NCBI GenBank assembly: GCA_965213625.1
Contig: CBDBZU010000004.1
Span: forward strand, 2,080,001-2,144,000
Source: a bacterium
Lineage (GTDB): Bacteria; UBA8248
Length of the DNA: 64,000 nt
Direction of reading: 5' to 3'
The translations under genes and the position numbers were made by a program. The notes below the pieces were generated by a model. It made no database searches, had not been told where the DNA came from, and saw nothing but the letters and a program-made list of their open reading frames with translations. Shown here in pieces: positions 20,669 to 30,365 of the stretch. Position 1 is the stretch's first letter, and every line of letters begins with the position of its first letter.

Positions 20669-20752
20669 AAAACCCCGTTTCCCTCGTGCTATATTTCGAA
20701 AATTCAACCGCGCGTGGTTTCGGGGGCGCTGCGGTTTTTTCGGGAGGAATCC

Positions 20753-21697
20753 ATGCGGGCGCTCTTTTTCGGTACATCCGAATTCGCCGTACCGACGCTT
20801 CAGGCGTTGATGGCCTCGCCCGTCGAGGTGGCGGCCGTCTTCACGCAGCCGGACAGGCCCGCGGGCAGGGGCCGCAAGCTGACGCCGCCGCCCGTCAAGT
20901 CGCTCGCGCTCGAGGCGGGGCTCCCCGTCTTACAGCCTGAGAGAATCCGCTCGACCGACGTCGCGGATTTCCGGCCCGACTTAGGCGTCGTGGCGGCCTA
21001 TGGGCAGATTCTGAGTAGGAAACTGCTGGGCGTTCCCCGGTTGGGGCTGTTGAACTTACACCCCTCCCTTCTTCCGCGCTGGCGGGGAGCCGCGCCCATA
21101 CAGCGTGCTCTTTTGGAGGGAGACGCCGAAACGGGGGTCTGCGTGATGCGGGTCGCGCCCGAACTCGACGCCGGCGCCGTTCTTTCGAAGCGTTCCCTGC
21201 CCATCGGGGCGAGGGACACGTCCGGCTCTCTGCACGACAAGCTGGCCGCCCTGGGCGCCGGGCAGATGGTGGCGACGCTGCTCGCTCTCGAAAAAGGAGA
21301 GGCCACGGAGGAGCCGCAGGATGAATCCCTGGTCACCTATGCGGAAAAACTACAGAAAGAAGAAGCGAAACTCGATTGGCGCTTGCCCGCAGGCAACATC
21401 GATAGACAGATTCGGGGGCTGAACCCCTGGCCGGTCGCCGTGACCTCATGGCCGGGTATGGCGAACCCGGTGCGGATATGGAGCGCCTGGCCGGTTCCGG
21501 GAGAATCGGGCGGAGCGGCAGGTGAGGTTCTGGGGCTGGGCGAATCACCCGAGGGCGCGGGAATCCGCGTGGCGACGGGAGAGGGCGATTTGGTGATACT
21601 GGAAATTCAGCCGCCGGGCAAGAAGAAGATGGACGGGGGCGCATTCGCGAGGGGATATCCCTGTAAACCCGGTCTCATGCTCGGAGAGGGCGTGTGA
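20753..21697 (+). CDS. fmt: Methionyl-tRNA formyltransferase
   Basis: TQPDRPAGRG, NLHPSLLPRWRGAAPIQ, LDAG. Confidence 0.97.
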   Translation: MRALFFGTSEFAVPTLQALMASPVEVAAVFTQPDRPAGRGRKLTPPPVKSLALEAGLPVLQPERIRSTDVADFRPDLGVVAAYGQILSRKLLGVPRLGLLNLHPSLLPRWRGAAPIQRALLEGDAETGVCVMRVAPELDAGAVLSKRSLPIGARDTSGSLHDKLAALGAGQMVATLLALEKGEATEEPQDESLVTYAEKLQKEEAKLDWRLPAGNIDRQIRGLNPWPVAVTSWPGMANPVRIWSAWPVPGESGGAAGEVLGLGESPEGAGIRVATGEGDLVILEIQPPGKKKMDGGAFARGYPCKPGLMLGEGV

Positions 21698-23063
21698 GCC
21701 GGAACCTCGCGCTCAGCGGGAAAAGCGCGCGTTCCGCCGACCTCGTTCGCCGGGCGGCGCATGCCGCTCTCCTTTCTTTCGAGAAAGCGCCCATCGCGGC
21801 GGACCTGCTGGTCGAGCGATTCTCCTCAAAGGGTTTCGACGCGCGCGACCGCGCGTTTCTGCGCGAGTTGGTCTATGGCGTCTTGCGGTGGCGGAGTCGC
21901 CTGGATTTCGTTTCCGCCCATTTCCTGAACAAACCGAACGTGGCCCCTCCGGTGCGAGAAGCATTGCGGTTGGGGACTTATCAGCTTTTGTTCATGGACC
22001 GCGTGCCTGCGCACAGCGCGGTGGACGGCGCGGTTTCCTTGCTGAATCGTCCGAACCTTGGCTGGGCGAAGGGATTGGTAAACGCGGTGTTGCGCAAGGT
22101 GGCGGAGGGTGAAGTCGCACCGCCTGAAAACATCGAGGATTATCTCACGCTCTGGGAGTCCCACCCGAGGTGGCTGGTGAAGCGCTGGATTCGAAATCTC
22201 GGGGAAGAGGAGGCGCTGAGAAGATGCCGGGCGAACAACGAGGAGGCGCCGGTCGTCTTGCGCGTGAATACGCAAGCATCGAGCGCCCGGAGTCTGATGA
22301 CCGAACTCGCAAGCGAGGGCGTCGAGGCGAGACCAGGCCGCGTGGACCCGGACTGTCTGTTATATCTGCCGGATGAGAGCGCGCCGGGTGCGCGCTTCAG
22401 CGATACGGCGGCTTGGCGCGAGGGCAGGTTCATCGTTATGGATGAGAGTTCGAGCCTGGTGTCGCGTTTCGCAGGCGCCTCCCTGGAGAGAGAATTCTCG
22501 ATGCCTGCGCGGCCCCCGGCGGAAAAACGGCTTGCCTCCTGTGGGCGGCGGGAGAGGATGGAAGCGTCGTTTCGGGAGAATCTTCCCCTCGCCGCCTCGC
22601 TATTCTCAAGCGTAATTGTGTTAGGATTCGGGCGGATGCGCGGCTCTTGCGGATGGATGCGGCAAAGCCGCCTTTTCAGGATATATTCGACCTCGTTCTC
22701 GTGGATGCGCCTTGCAGCGGACTGGGTGTTTTCAGGCGGCATCCCGATGCGAGATGGCGGCTGAAAGAAGAAGACCTGGACGTGCAGGCGCGTCGTCAGG
22801 CGGCGATTTTACAAGGCGCTGCCCGTGCGGTGCGGCCCGGCGGCAGGCTGGTCTATTCGGTTTGTACGAACGAGCCCGAGGAAACCGGGGAGGTGGTGGC
22901 TTTCTTCCAGGAGCCCGGCTTCGTCCCCATCCGCGACGGGGGCGCGCTCCCCGAAGGCGCGCGAGGATTTCTGGAAACCGGCGGATCCTTGCGGATTACG
23001 CTGGGAGATGGGCTTGATGGCTTTTTCGCCATGAGTTGGCGCAAAGAGGGCGGAAATTGCTGA
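21694..23063 (+). pseudogene. rsmB: 16S rRNA m5C967 methyltransferase RsmB/Sun, split by a 1-nt frameshift at about 22481-22483
   Basis: N-terminal NusB-like half in one frame; PGERILDACAAPGGKT...DAPCSGLG...YSVCT in another frame from 22482; one added C in CCC joins them. Confidence 0.88.
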
Positions 23064-23995
23064 AAGGGATACTGAAAGGCATTTTCTGGGTTGCGCTCCT
23101 TGTCGCCTTGGGCGGCGCCGGGGGCGCTGCGGGTCTATACGTCTTCAGAGGGGGTGAGGGCGTCTTCCTGCCCCGGGTCGCGGGTCTCGACGTAGTTCGC
23201 GCGCTGGAATTGCTGGGCGAGAAGGAAATACCCATGCAGGTCACCGGGCGCGTGTTCAGCGATGCCGTATCCATGAACCACGTCGTGCGCCAGAATCCTC
23301 CCGGCGGACGCCGCATACGCAAGGGCAGAACCGTATCGCTCGTTCTCAGCAAGGGTCCGCGCGACGTGGCGGTGCCTGCGGTGGTGGGCAAGAACCTGAA
23401 CCGAGCGGAGAGTCTCATCCGCCAGGAAGGCCTTCGCGTCCGGCTGGTGGAACGGTTGTACGATCCTAAGCGGCCCATCGATCAGGTCTTGGGCGTGTGG
23501 CCGAATGAGGGTGAAAGCATCAGACGCGGTGAGGGCGTGATGCTCGTCGTCAGCCAGGGTTCCCGCGAGCGGGCCTACGTCATGCCCTCCCTGATCGGGG
23601 AGCCCGTCAACAACGCCCTCGACAAGGTTCGTACGCTTGGCTTGAACGTCGGTCGCGTGCGCTACGTGGATCGTCCGGGCTCGCTCAGGGGTTCCATCGT
23701 TTCGCAGATACCGCCGCGTGGGCGGCGTGTCCTGGCGGGGCACCGGGTGCACGTGGACGTGGCGCGCGGTGCGGACCAGATGGCGGGGAATTTCATTGTC
23801 CTGCGCTACCGTGTGCCGCACGGCAAACCCAGGCGCGCGCTACGCGTGGAACTCGAATCGAACGGCGAGACGCGCGAGGAACTCTCCCGCGAGGTGAGCG
23901 CGGGCGAGGAGATTCACCTGCTGGTGCGGGTGAAGGGCGAAGCGAGAGCGCGTATATTCCTGGATGGCCGTCTGGTCGAAGAACAAACGCATTAG
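23036..23995 (+). CDS. Membrane-anchored PASTA-domain protein (three PASTA repeats, no kinase domain)
   Basis: N-terminal TM helix; repeats LPRVAG/VPAVVG/MPSLIG each with ..QxP..G....G..V.LV.S.G. Confidence 0.85.
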   Translation: MAQRGRKLLKGILKGIFWVALLVALGGAGGAAGLYVFRGGEGVFLPRVAGLDVVRALELLGEKEIPMQVTGRVFSDAVSMNHVVRQNPPGGRRIRKGRTVSLVLSKGPRDVAVPAVVGKNLNRAESLIRQEGLRVRLVERLYDPKRPIDQVLGVWPNEGESIRRGEGVMLVVSQGSRERAYVMPSLIGEPVNNALDKVRTLGLNVGRVRYVDRPGSLRGSIVSQIPPRGRRVLAGHRVHVDVARGADQMAGNFIVLRYRVPHGKPRRALRVELESNGETREELSREVSAGEEIHLLVRVKGEARARIFLDGRLVEEQTH

Positions 23996-24008
23996 GGAAG
24001 GAATCGAC

Positions 24009-24686
24009 ATGGCGAAGCCCGATATGGCGCCCGGAAAAATACGGGTCGCGCCCTCTTTGCTCTCTTGCTCTTTCGAGAGGATGGGCGAAGAGATAGCGGC
24101 GGTGCGCGAAGCCGGGGCGGACTGGCTGCATTTCGACGTGATGGACGGGCATTTCGTCCCCAACATTTCCGTGGGGCCTTTGGGCGTCGAGGCGGCGAGG
24201 CGAGCCGCGCCCGGCTTGGTTCTCGACGTGCACTTGATGATTGCGGAGCCGGATCGCTATATCGATGCGTTTGCGGATGCGGGCGCGGACATTCTGACGG
24301 TGCACGTGGAGGCGCCGAGGCACATACACCGCACCTTGCAGAGTATACGCGGGCGCGGCCTGGGCGTCGGGCTGACGCTCAACCCCGGAACGCCGCTCTC
24401 ATTGGTAGAGGGCCTGCTGCCGGAAGTGGATATGGTCCTCGTCATGAGCGTGAACCCTGGTTTCGGCGGCCAGAAATTCATCCCGGCTTCCCTGGAGCGG
24501 ATCCGGCGTCTGAAAGAGATGATCGACGCGGCGGGACTGTCGGTTCTGATAGAGGTCGACGGCGGTGTCACGCCGCGCAATGCGGCGGAAATACGCGCGG
24601 CGGGCGCTGAGGCGCTGGTGGCCGGTTCCGCCGTATTCGGAGCGAAAGATTACGCAGAGGCCATACGCGGCATCAGGGGTGGTTGA
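24009..24686 (+). CDS. rpe: Ribulose-phosphate 3-epimerase
   Basis: APSLLS, HFDVMDGHFVPN, DVHLMI, MSVNPGFGGQ, EVDGG. Confidence 0.97.
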   Translation: MAKPDMAPGKIRVAPSLLSCSFERMGEEIAAVREAGADWLHFDVMDGHFVPNISVGPLGVEAARRAAPGLVLDVHLMIAEPDRYIDAFADAGADILTVHVEAPRHIHRTLQSIRGRGLGVGLTLNPGTPLSLVEGLLPEVDMVLVMSVNPGFGGQKFIPASLERIRRLKEMIDAAGLSVLIEVDGGVTPRNAAEIRAAGAEALVAGSAVFGAKDYAEAIRGIRGG

Positions 24687-25217
24687 AAATCCCGGTTCTG
24701 GTAGCGAGCGCGTAACCCTCATCATTTTGAGATACCGAATCGACCACACCCTGAGTAGCTGGAAAGGGCTTTTTCAACAACCCCTTGTCAGGGGGTCATA
24801 CGCGAGTGAGGAACGAGCGTTTGGATAAGCCATTGGCGGGAAACGCATCGGTTTGCAATTCCTCCCTCCTCAGGGCTGTTGAAAAAGCCCTAATGAATGA
24901 GGGTTTGACGCGCCCGACGAAAGTATAAGAACCACTCCCCCCTTGAGGGGGAGTCGATGAAGCCGAGCGATATTTGCGAAGGCTGAATCGGTGGGGGGTA
25001 AAATGCGTTTTATTGCCATTCCGAATCATACCCCCCACCAGTTCGCTTTCGGGCTTACGCCCTCAGCTCACTGACTCCCCCTCAAGGGGGGAGTGATTTT
25101 TCTCCCTCATCGTTCGAGAGCGCCCCTTCGATACGCGGCTTCGCCGCAACTCAGGATGAGGCGGAAAAGACTTATTCAACAGACCCTTCTCGGTCGGAAT
25201 TGACCCCTGACAAGGGG
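24677..25217. mobile_element. Cluster of non-autonomous MITE/REP-like repeats
   Basis: TIR-like GGG(C/T)TGTTGAAAAAG ends (24677, 24765-83, 24873-91, 25171-86); perfect 23-bp IR 24933-24955/25073-25095; near-perfect IR 24781-24798/25201-25217. Confidence 0.7.
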
Positions 25218-25367
25218 GAGCAGGGGGGGTGCTTTTCCAGCCGAAAGGGGGCGTACCCTCTTCACTATAATTATGGGGTCTTCCATAGGCCCCGTCAGGG
25301 ACGGCTGAGCAGCGGCTTTCTTGTCCGCATATTCGCATACGCAAAGGCCCATGCCATCCGCACGCAG

Positions 25368-25397
25368 TTGACACCCGCCGCATAAAATCCTTATAAG
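25368..25397 (+). promoter_or_regulatory. Putative sigma70 promoter of ffh
   Basis: TTGACA-18 bp-TATAAG. Confidence 0.5.
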
Positions 25398-25469
25398 TTG
25401 GGGTTCCTCACCCGGCCTTGCGGGTGGAAAATCGAAAACATATTGAATATCAATCAGTTGGGGTGTTCG

Positions 25470-26804
25470 ATGTTTGACGGATTGAAAGAGCGCCTGGGCG
25501 GAATCTTCAAGGACTTGAGAAGCCGGGGCGTTTTGGGAGAAAAAGAGGTCGATTCAGCGCTTCGCGAGATTCGACTGGCGCTGCTCGAAGCCGACGTGAA
25601 CTTCCGGGTCGCCAAGGATTTGGTGGCGAAAATCCGCGAAGATCTGGTCGGTGTGGAGCGCGTCGCGCACCTCGATCCCTCCCAGCAGGTCATCAAAGCG
25701 GTCCAGGGGCGTCTCACGGAACTCATGGGCGCAAAGAGCGCTCCGCTAGGGCGCGCTTCGAGTGGCGTCACGACCGTGATGCTCGTCGGGCTGCAGGGCT
25801 CGGGAAAAACGACGACGGCCGGCAAGATCGCCTTGAAGCTCAAAAGCAAGGGACTGCGCGTTCTTCTCGTGCCTGCGGACGTCGCGCGGCCGGCGGCCAT
25901 CACCCAGCTCAAGCGGCTGGCCGAGCAGACGGGTGCCGACGCGTTCGATTCGGAAGGGGTGCCGAGCCCTGTTGAAATCGTCCGGCAGGCCACGGAACGC
26001 GCCCGGCTCGAGCATTTCGATTACTGCATCGTGGACAGCGCGGGCCGGCTGCACATCGATGACGCCCTGATGGACGAGTTAAGGCAGATGAAAGAAGCGG
26101 CGCGGCCCGATGAGGTGCTCCTGGTCGCGGACGCCATGACGGGCCAGGAAGCGGTGAATTTGGGCGCGGCGTTTTCCGAGCGAATCGGCATCACGGGCGT
26201 CGTGTTGACGAAGCTCGACGGCGACGCCAGGGGCGGCGGCGCCCTTTCGCTGCGCTCGGTGACTGGCGTGCCCGTCAAAATGGCCGGTGTGGGCGAGAAA
26301 CTCGATGCGCTCGAGGATTTTCATCCCGAGAGAATGGCCTCGCGGATTCTGGGCATGGGGGACGTCATGTCCCTCATCGAGAAGGCCGAGGCCGCCATCT
26401 CCCCCGATGACGCGCAATCCATGGTGGAATCCCTCGGCAAGGGGACGTTCACCCTCGTGACGATGAAAGAGCAGATTCTTCAGATGCGGAAGATGGGTTC
26501 GATGGGCGATGTCTTGTCCATGATACCGGGGCTGGGAAACAAGATGCCCGACGTGGATATCGACGAGAAGGAACTCTCGCGCACGGTGGCCATCATCGAT
26601 TCGATGACGCCGACCGAGCGTACGAAGCCCGAAATCATCAAGGGCAGCCGCAGAAAACGCATCGCCGCCGGGAGCGGCACCCGCGTGCAGGACGTGAACC
26701 GGCTGCTCAAGCAATTCGCGCAAACACAAAAACTGATGAAGCAATTTTCAAAGGGCGGCAAGAAAAAACAGATGCAGAGAATGCGTCAAATGCTTAATTT
26801 CTAG
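25470..26804 (+). CDS. ffh: Signal recognition particle protein
   Basis: [24 protein letters not shown], Met-rich M domain, SRRKRIA.GSG. Confidence 0.98.
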   Translation: MFDGLKERLGGIFKDLRSRGVLGEKEVDSALREIRLALLEADVNFRVAKDLVAKIREDLVGVERVAHLDPSQQVIKAVQGRLTELMGAKSAPLGRASSGVTTVMLVGLQGSGKTTTAGKIALKLKSKGLRVLLVPADVARPAAITQLKRLAEQTGADAFDSEGVPSPVEIVRQATERARLEHFDYCIVDSAGRLHIDDALMDELRQMKEAARPDEVLLVADAMTGQEAVNLGAAFSERIGITGVVLTKLDGDARGGGALSLRSVTGVPVKMAGVGEKLDALEDFHPERMASRILGMGDVMSLIEKAEAAISPDDAQSMVESLGKGTFTLVTMKEQILQMRKMGSMGDVLSMIPGLGNKMPDVDIDEKELSRTVAIIDSMTPTERTKPEIIKGSRRKRIAAGSGTRVQDVNRLLKQFAQTQKLMKQFSKGGKKKQMQRMRQMLNF

Positions 26805-26815
26805 GGAGATATACT

Positions 26816-27061
26816 TTGGCCGTAAAAATCAGACTTGCCCGTGGGGGTATGAAAAAAGCGCCGCGCTACCGTGTCGTCGTGCAGGATGAGCGCATGCCGC
26901 GCGATGGTCGTTTCATCGAAAGCATCGGCCGCTATGATCCGTCGGAAGACCCCGCATTCGTTCATATCGATCTCGAGAAGGCGAAAGCCTGGATTGACAA
27001 GGGCGCCATCCCGACCCGGACGGTCAAGAATCTTCTCGACAGGGCAGGCATCAACGATTAG
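26816..27061 (+). CDS. rpsP: 30S ribosomal protein S16
   Basis: [25 protein letters not shown]. Confidence 0.97.
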   Translation: MAVKIRLARGGMKKAPRYRVVVQDERMPRDGRFIESIGRYDPSEDPAFVHIDLEKAKAWIDKGAIPTRTVKNLLDRAGIND

Positions 27062-27068
27062 GGAAGCC

Positions 27069-27575
27069 ATGAGTGGTAGGGTGGCCGTGGGTGTCGCGCT
27101 CAGGCCCCACGGCATCAAGGGAGCCGTTCGGGTGGAGCCTTGGCTCGATGACTTGGCCGCCTATGGGCGAATCGAGGAAGTGTTCTCGCGCGATGAGCCT
27201 GCGAGGATGTTCGAGATAGCGGCCTGTCACCGGGGCGGCAAGGGAGCCGTCGTCTGGAAGTTTATGGGAATCGACACCCCCGAAGACGCCGAGGCGCTGC
27301 GGGGGGTTGTTTTTCTGGCGGACAGGAAATTCTTGGATGGCCCCGATGAGGGGGTTCTTTACTTTGAGGATTTCGAAGGCTGCGAAGTCATCGACGAGAA
27401 AGGAAATCCCATCGGGCGCGTGGTGGACATGTTCGGGGCCGGTGGAAACGACGTCATCGTCATCCGCACCCCCGGTGGAGAGGAGTTGCTCGTACCCGCC
27501 ACGCGCGAGGTCGTATTGAGGCGCGAGGGGGAATGCTGGATTTTCCGTCCTCCTAAGTTCGCCGACGAGGATTGA
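27069..27575 (+). CDS. rimM: 16S rRNA processing protein RimM
   Basis: PHGIKG.V, AE.LRG, G.NDV.VI, E.L.P; lies between rpsP and trmD. Confidence 0.92.
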   Translation: MSGRVAVGVALRPHGIKGAVRVEPWLDDLAAYGRIEEVFSRDEPARMFEIAACHRGGKGAVVWKFMGIDTPEDAEALRGVVFLADRKFLDGPDEGVLYFEDFEGCEVIDEKGNPIGRVVDMFGAGGNDVIVIRTPGGEELLVPATREVVLRREGECWIFRPPKFADED

Positions 27576-27584
27576 GGAGGTCTC

Positions 27585-28313
27585 ATGCGCATTGACGTTC
27601 TTTCCGTTCTGCCCCGCATGGTGGAAGAGGCGTTTCGAGAGGGCGTCGTGGGGCGCGCGGTCGAGGGCGGCCTTCTTGAGCTGAAGGTCTGGAATCTGCG
27701 CGATTTCGCGGAAGGGAAGTATCAACAGGTCGACGATGCTCCCTTCGGCGGTGGGGCGGGTATGGTCATGAAGCCCGAACCCATCCTGAGGGGCATCCGG
27801 GCGATTCGCGAAGACGACGAAACCGAACCGCTCAAGGTGCTGCTCACGCCGCAGGGGCGGCTGTTCGATCAGGCGACCGCCCGCAGGTATTCCGAGGCGT
27901 CCCGGCTGCTCCTCATCTGCGGCCGCTACGAGGGCGTGGACGAGCGGGTGTGTGAGTTGTGCGTGGATGAGGAAGTCTCTATCGGCGATTACGTGCTCTC
28001 AGGAGGAGAGATTCCGGCCATGGCCGTCATCGACGCCGTCGGCAGGCTCATCCCCGGCGTCTTGGGGAACGATGCTTCCGCCGCCCAGGACAGCTTCACC
28101 GACGGACTGCTCGATCATCCCCACTACACGCGGCCTGCGGAGTTCGAGGGAGTCTGCGCGCCGGACGTGCTCTTATCCGGCGATCACGAGGCGGTTCGTC
28201 TCTGGAGGAGGCGCCAGGCGCTCGAGAGAACGCGGGAGAGGCGGGTAGACCTCTTCGAACGTGCCGAATTGAGCGATGAGGATATGCGCCTGCTTGAATC
28301 TTCGCAGACTTAA
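27585..28313 (+). CDS. trmD: tRNA (guanine-N1)-methyltransferase
   Basis: VDD.PFGGGAGMV, CGRYEGVDER, SIGDYVLSGGE, YTRP. Confidence 0.98.
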   Translation: MRIDVLSVLPRMVEEAFREGVVGRAVEGGLLELKVWNLRDFAEGKYQQVDDAPFGGGAGMVMKPEPILRGIRAIREDDETEPLKVLLTPQGRLFDQATARRYSEASRLLLICGRYEGVDERVCELCVDEEVSIGDYVLSGGEIPAMAVIDAVGRLIPGVLGNDASAAQDSFTDGLLDHPHYTRPAEFEGVCAPDVLLSGDHEAVRLWRRRQALERTRERRVDLFERAELSDEDMRLLESSQT

Positions 28314-28328
28314 AAGGATGGCGGCGTA

Positions 28329-28901
28329 GTGGGCAACGTCTATCTCGCGCTGATTCACTACCCGGTGCTGAACCGCCAGGGCGACGTGGTGACTTCTTCC
28401 GTCACGGGCCTCGATTTGCACGATCTCGCCCGCGTGGGCCGCACCTATGGCGTCACGGGCGTATTTGTGGTACATCCTTCTGCTCCGCAGCGGGCGTTCG
28501 TCGAGCGGGTGATAGGGCATTTCACGGAAGGCCCGGGACGGGCACTGCACCCGCAAAGGGGGGAGACGCTCGAGTTTTTGGAGGTTCTGCCGTCTCTGGA
28601 GGTGCTTATTGAGGAGGTGGAACGCACCGAATCGAAAAAGCCGCGCCTCATTGCCACGACGGCCAGGCGAATGCCTGGCGCCGTGGGGTATGAAGCGCTT
28701 AGCGGCGAGATGAAGGAGACCGACGCGCCGCACGTCATGTTGTTCGGCACGAGCTGGGGCCTTGCGGATGCGGTTTTGGAGATGGCGGATGCGGTTTTGC
28801 TTCCTGTGGAGGCGCAAGCCGATACGGGATTCAACCATCTCTCGGTTCGCGGCGCGGCGGCGATTGTGGTAGATCGCATTTTCGGCAAAAGAGAGGTATA
28901 G
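28329..28901 (+). CDS. SPOUT-type RNA methyltransferase (family found next to, or fused with, trmD)
   Basis: LIHYPV, DLHDLAR..RTYG, FGT.WGL, NHLSVR.AAAI..DR. Confidence 0.85.
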   Translation: MGNVYLALIHYPVLNRQGDVVTSSVTGLDLHDLARVGRTYGVTGVFVVHPSAPQRAFVERVIGHFTEGPGRALHPQRGETLEFLEVLPSLEVLIEEVERTESKKPRLIATTARRMPGAVGYEALSGEMKETDAPHVMLFGTSWGLADAVLEMADAVLLPVEAQADTGFNHLSVRGAAAIVVDRIFGKREV

Positions 28902-28931
28902 TGCCGGTTTTTCAGGACAAGGAGCAGGCAG

Positions 28932-29279
28932 GTGAACATAATCGATAAAATTGAGCGCGAGGGCATGCGCAAGGATGTTCCCGATTTTGAGTCGGGAGAC
29001 ACGGTTCGCGTTCACGTGAAAATCGTGGAAGGCGACAAGGAACGCATCCAGGTATTCGAGGGCGTCGTCATCGGCAGGCAGGGCGGCAGTCTTCGCGAGC
29101 GGTTCCGCGTCCGCAAGCTCTCCTACGGCATCGGCGTGGAACGCATCTTCCCGGTGCATTCCCCGAGAGTCGACAAAATAGAAGTTACTCGCAAAGGCCG
29201 CGTGCGCCGCGCGAAGCTCTACTATCTGAGAGATCGCAAGGGCAAGGCCGCCCAGGTGAAAGAGCGGCGCTGGAGGTAG
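28932..29279 (+). CDS. rplS: 50S ribosomal protein L19
   Basis: [31 protein letters not shown]. Confidence 0.98.
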   Translation: MNIIDKIEREGMRKDVPDFESGDTVRVHVKIVEGDKERIQVFEGVVIGRQGGSLRERFRVRKLSYGIGVERIFPVHSPRVDKIEVTRKGRVRRAKLYYLRDRKGKAAQVKERRWR

Positions 29280-29430
29280 AGAGAAGCGGACTTTCAGTTT
29301 TCGCGCGTCTCATCGTTTTTTCTCACAGTTGATTCTTCGACACTTCCGCCCATCACAGACCGGACTGGGAGGTATCTGGCTGAAGCGAACGCTGGTTCGG
29401 CGTGATTCCTTTCTGATAGGGGGATGTGGT

Positions 29431-30300
29431 ATGGGCCGGATTCTGGCAGTTCTCTTCACGACAGTTCTTCTTTTCGGATGTGGCGGCGATGATAAGGGTT
29501 CAAGCACTCCCGCCACGATGCCGGAAAGCGGCGCCACAGAGGGTGTCGTACTGAACGAGAGTGCAGCGCTCTCCATCAGCAACAGTTACCTTCGCATTCA
29601 AGCCGCTCCGGGACTGTCCGTGGAGTCTACTCTAGAAACGGACTGTGAGGGGCCAACCTGCACGCTAACTGAATTGAGAACGGGTATCAGTGAATCCGTA
29701 TCCTTGCAGGATATCCAGAATACCGATACGTCCGACATAGAAGATTTAAGACAGGCGGCGCAGTTCATCCTGACGAGGAAAGGCGTCCCCGTCTATGGCG
29801 GTTCAGTCAGCTTCGCATTGGGGGAGGGTAGCACCGTCAGCGCCACGGCATATGGCGGCTGGATGGTCCACAATTTTTTCCTCGCGGCCTGGGGAACTTA
29901 TTCCGATCCGGACATCCCCTCGGCCGATGTCGGCACGGGGCTTTCCATCGGCAACGCCACCGGAACGCATCCCGACGTGGACGCCACCTACAACGGCGTC
30001 ATGCTCGGCGTGGTCACGGGAGGAGCCGATCTGGGCGACAACGTTGAGGGAGATGCAACGCTTGAGTTCAGTATGGCGAATCCCGGAGGCGCTCAGATGG
30101 ATGTTTCCTTCACCAACATCACGAACAAGGAAACGAGTCGTACGCTTTCCGACATCACATGGAACCCCATTCAGGTTGAGACAGACGGGACTTTCGATAC
30201 GGGCGGCATCCACGGCATCTTCTATGGGCCGGCTCACGAGGAGGTGGGCGGGACATTCAATATGGACGATGTCGCCGGCGCTTTCGGGGCAGCTAAGTAA
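29431..30300 (+). CDS. Lipoprotein with C-terminal TbpB-like beta-barrel
   Basis: Lipobox LFGC after a hydrophobic signal; C-terminal G.FYGP.HEEVGGTF...GAFGAAK. Confidence 0.7.
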   Translation: MGRILAVLFTTVLLFGCGGDDKGSSTPATMPESGATEGVVLNESAALSISNSYLRIQAAPGLSVESTLETDCEGPTCTLTELRTGISESVSLQDIQNTDTSDIEDLRQAAQFILTRKGVPVYGGSVSFALGEGSTVSATAYGGWMVHNFFLAAWGTYSDPDIPSADVGTGLSIGNATGTHPDVDATYNGVMLGVVTGGADLGDNVEGDATLEFSMANPGGAQMDVSFTNITNKETSRTLSDITWNPIQVETDGTFDTGGIHGIFYGPAHEEVGGTFNMDDVAGAFGAAK

Positions 30301-30316
30301 GTCGTTCATCAGATAT

Positions 30317-30350
30317 AAAAGTCCCGGGACTTTTGTCCCGGGACTTTTTT
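30317..30350. terminator. Bidirectional intrinsic terminator between convergent genes
   Basis: AAAAGTCCCGGGAC-TTTT-GTCCCGGGACTTTTTT. Confidence 0.8.
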
Positions 30351-30365
30351 CTTTGTTCTCTCCAT

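Noticed and set aside
24690-25260. CRISPR array
   Set aside because: Repeats are inverted and nested, not direct repeats with regular spacers; no cas genes in the window
25290-25320. Possible SRP 4.5S RNA (TCAGG...AGCAGC) upstream of ffh
   Set aside because: Lacks the GNRA-capped helix between CAGG and AGCA and the long flanking stem
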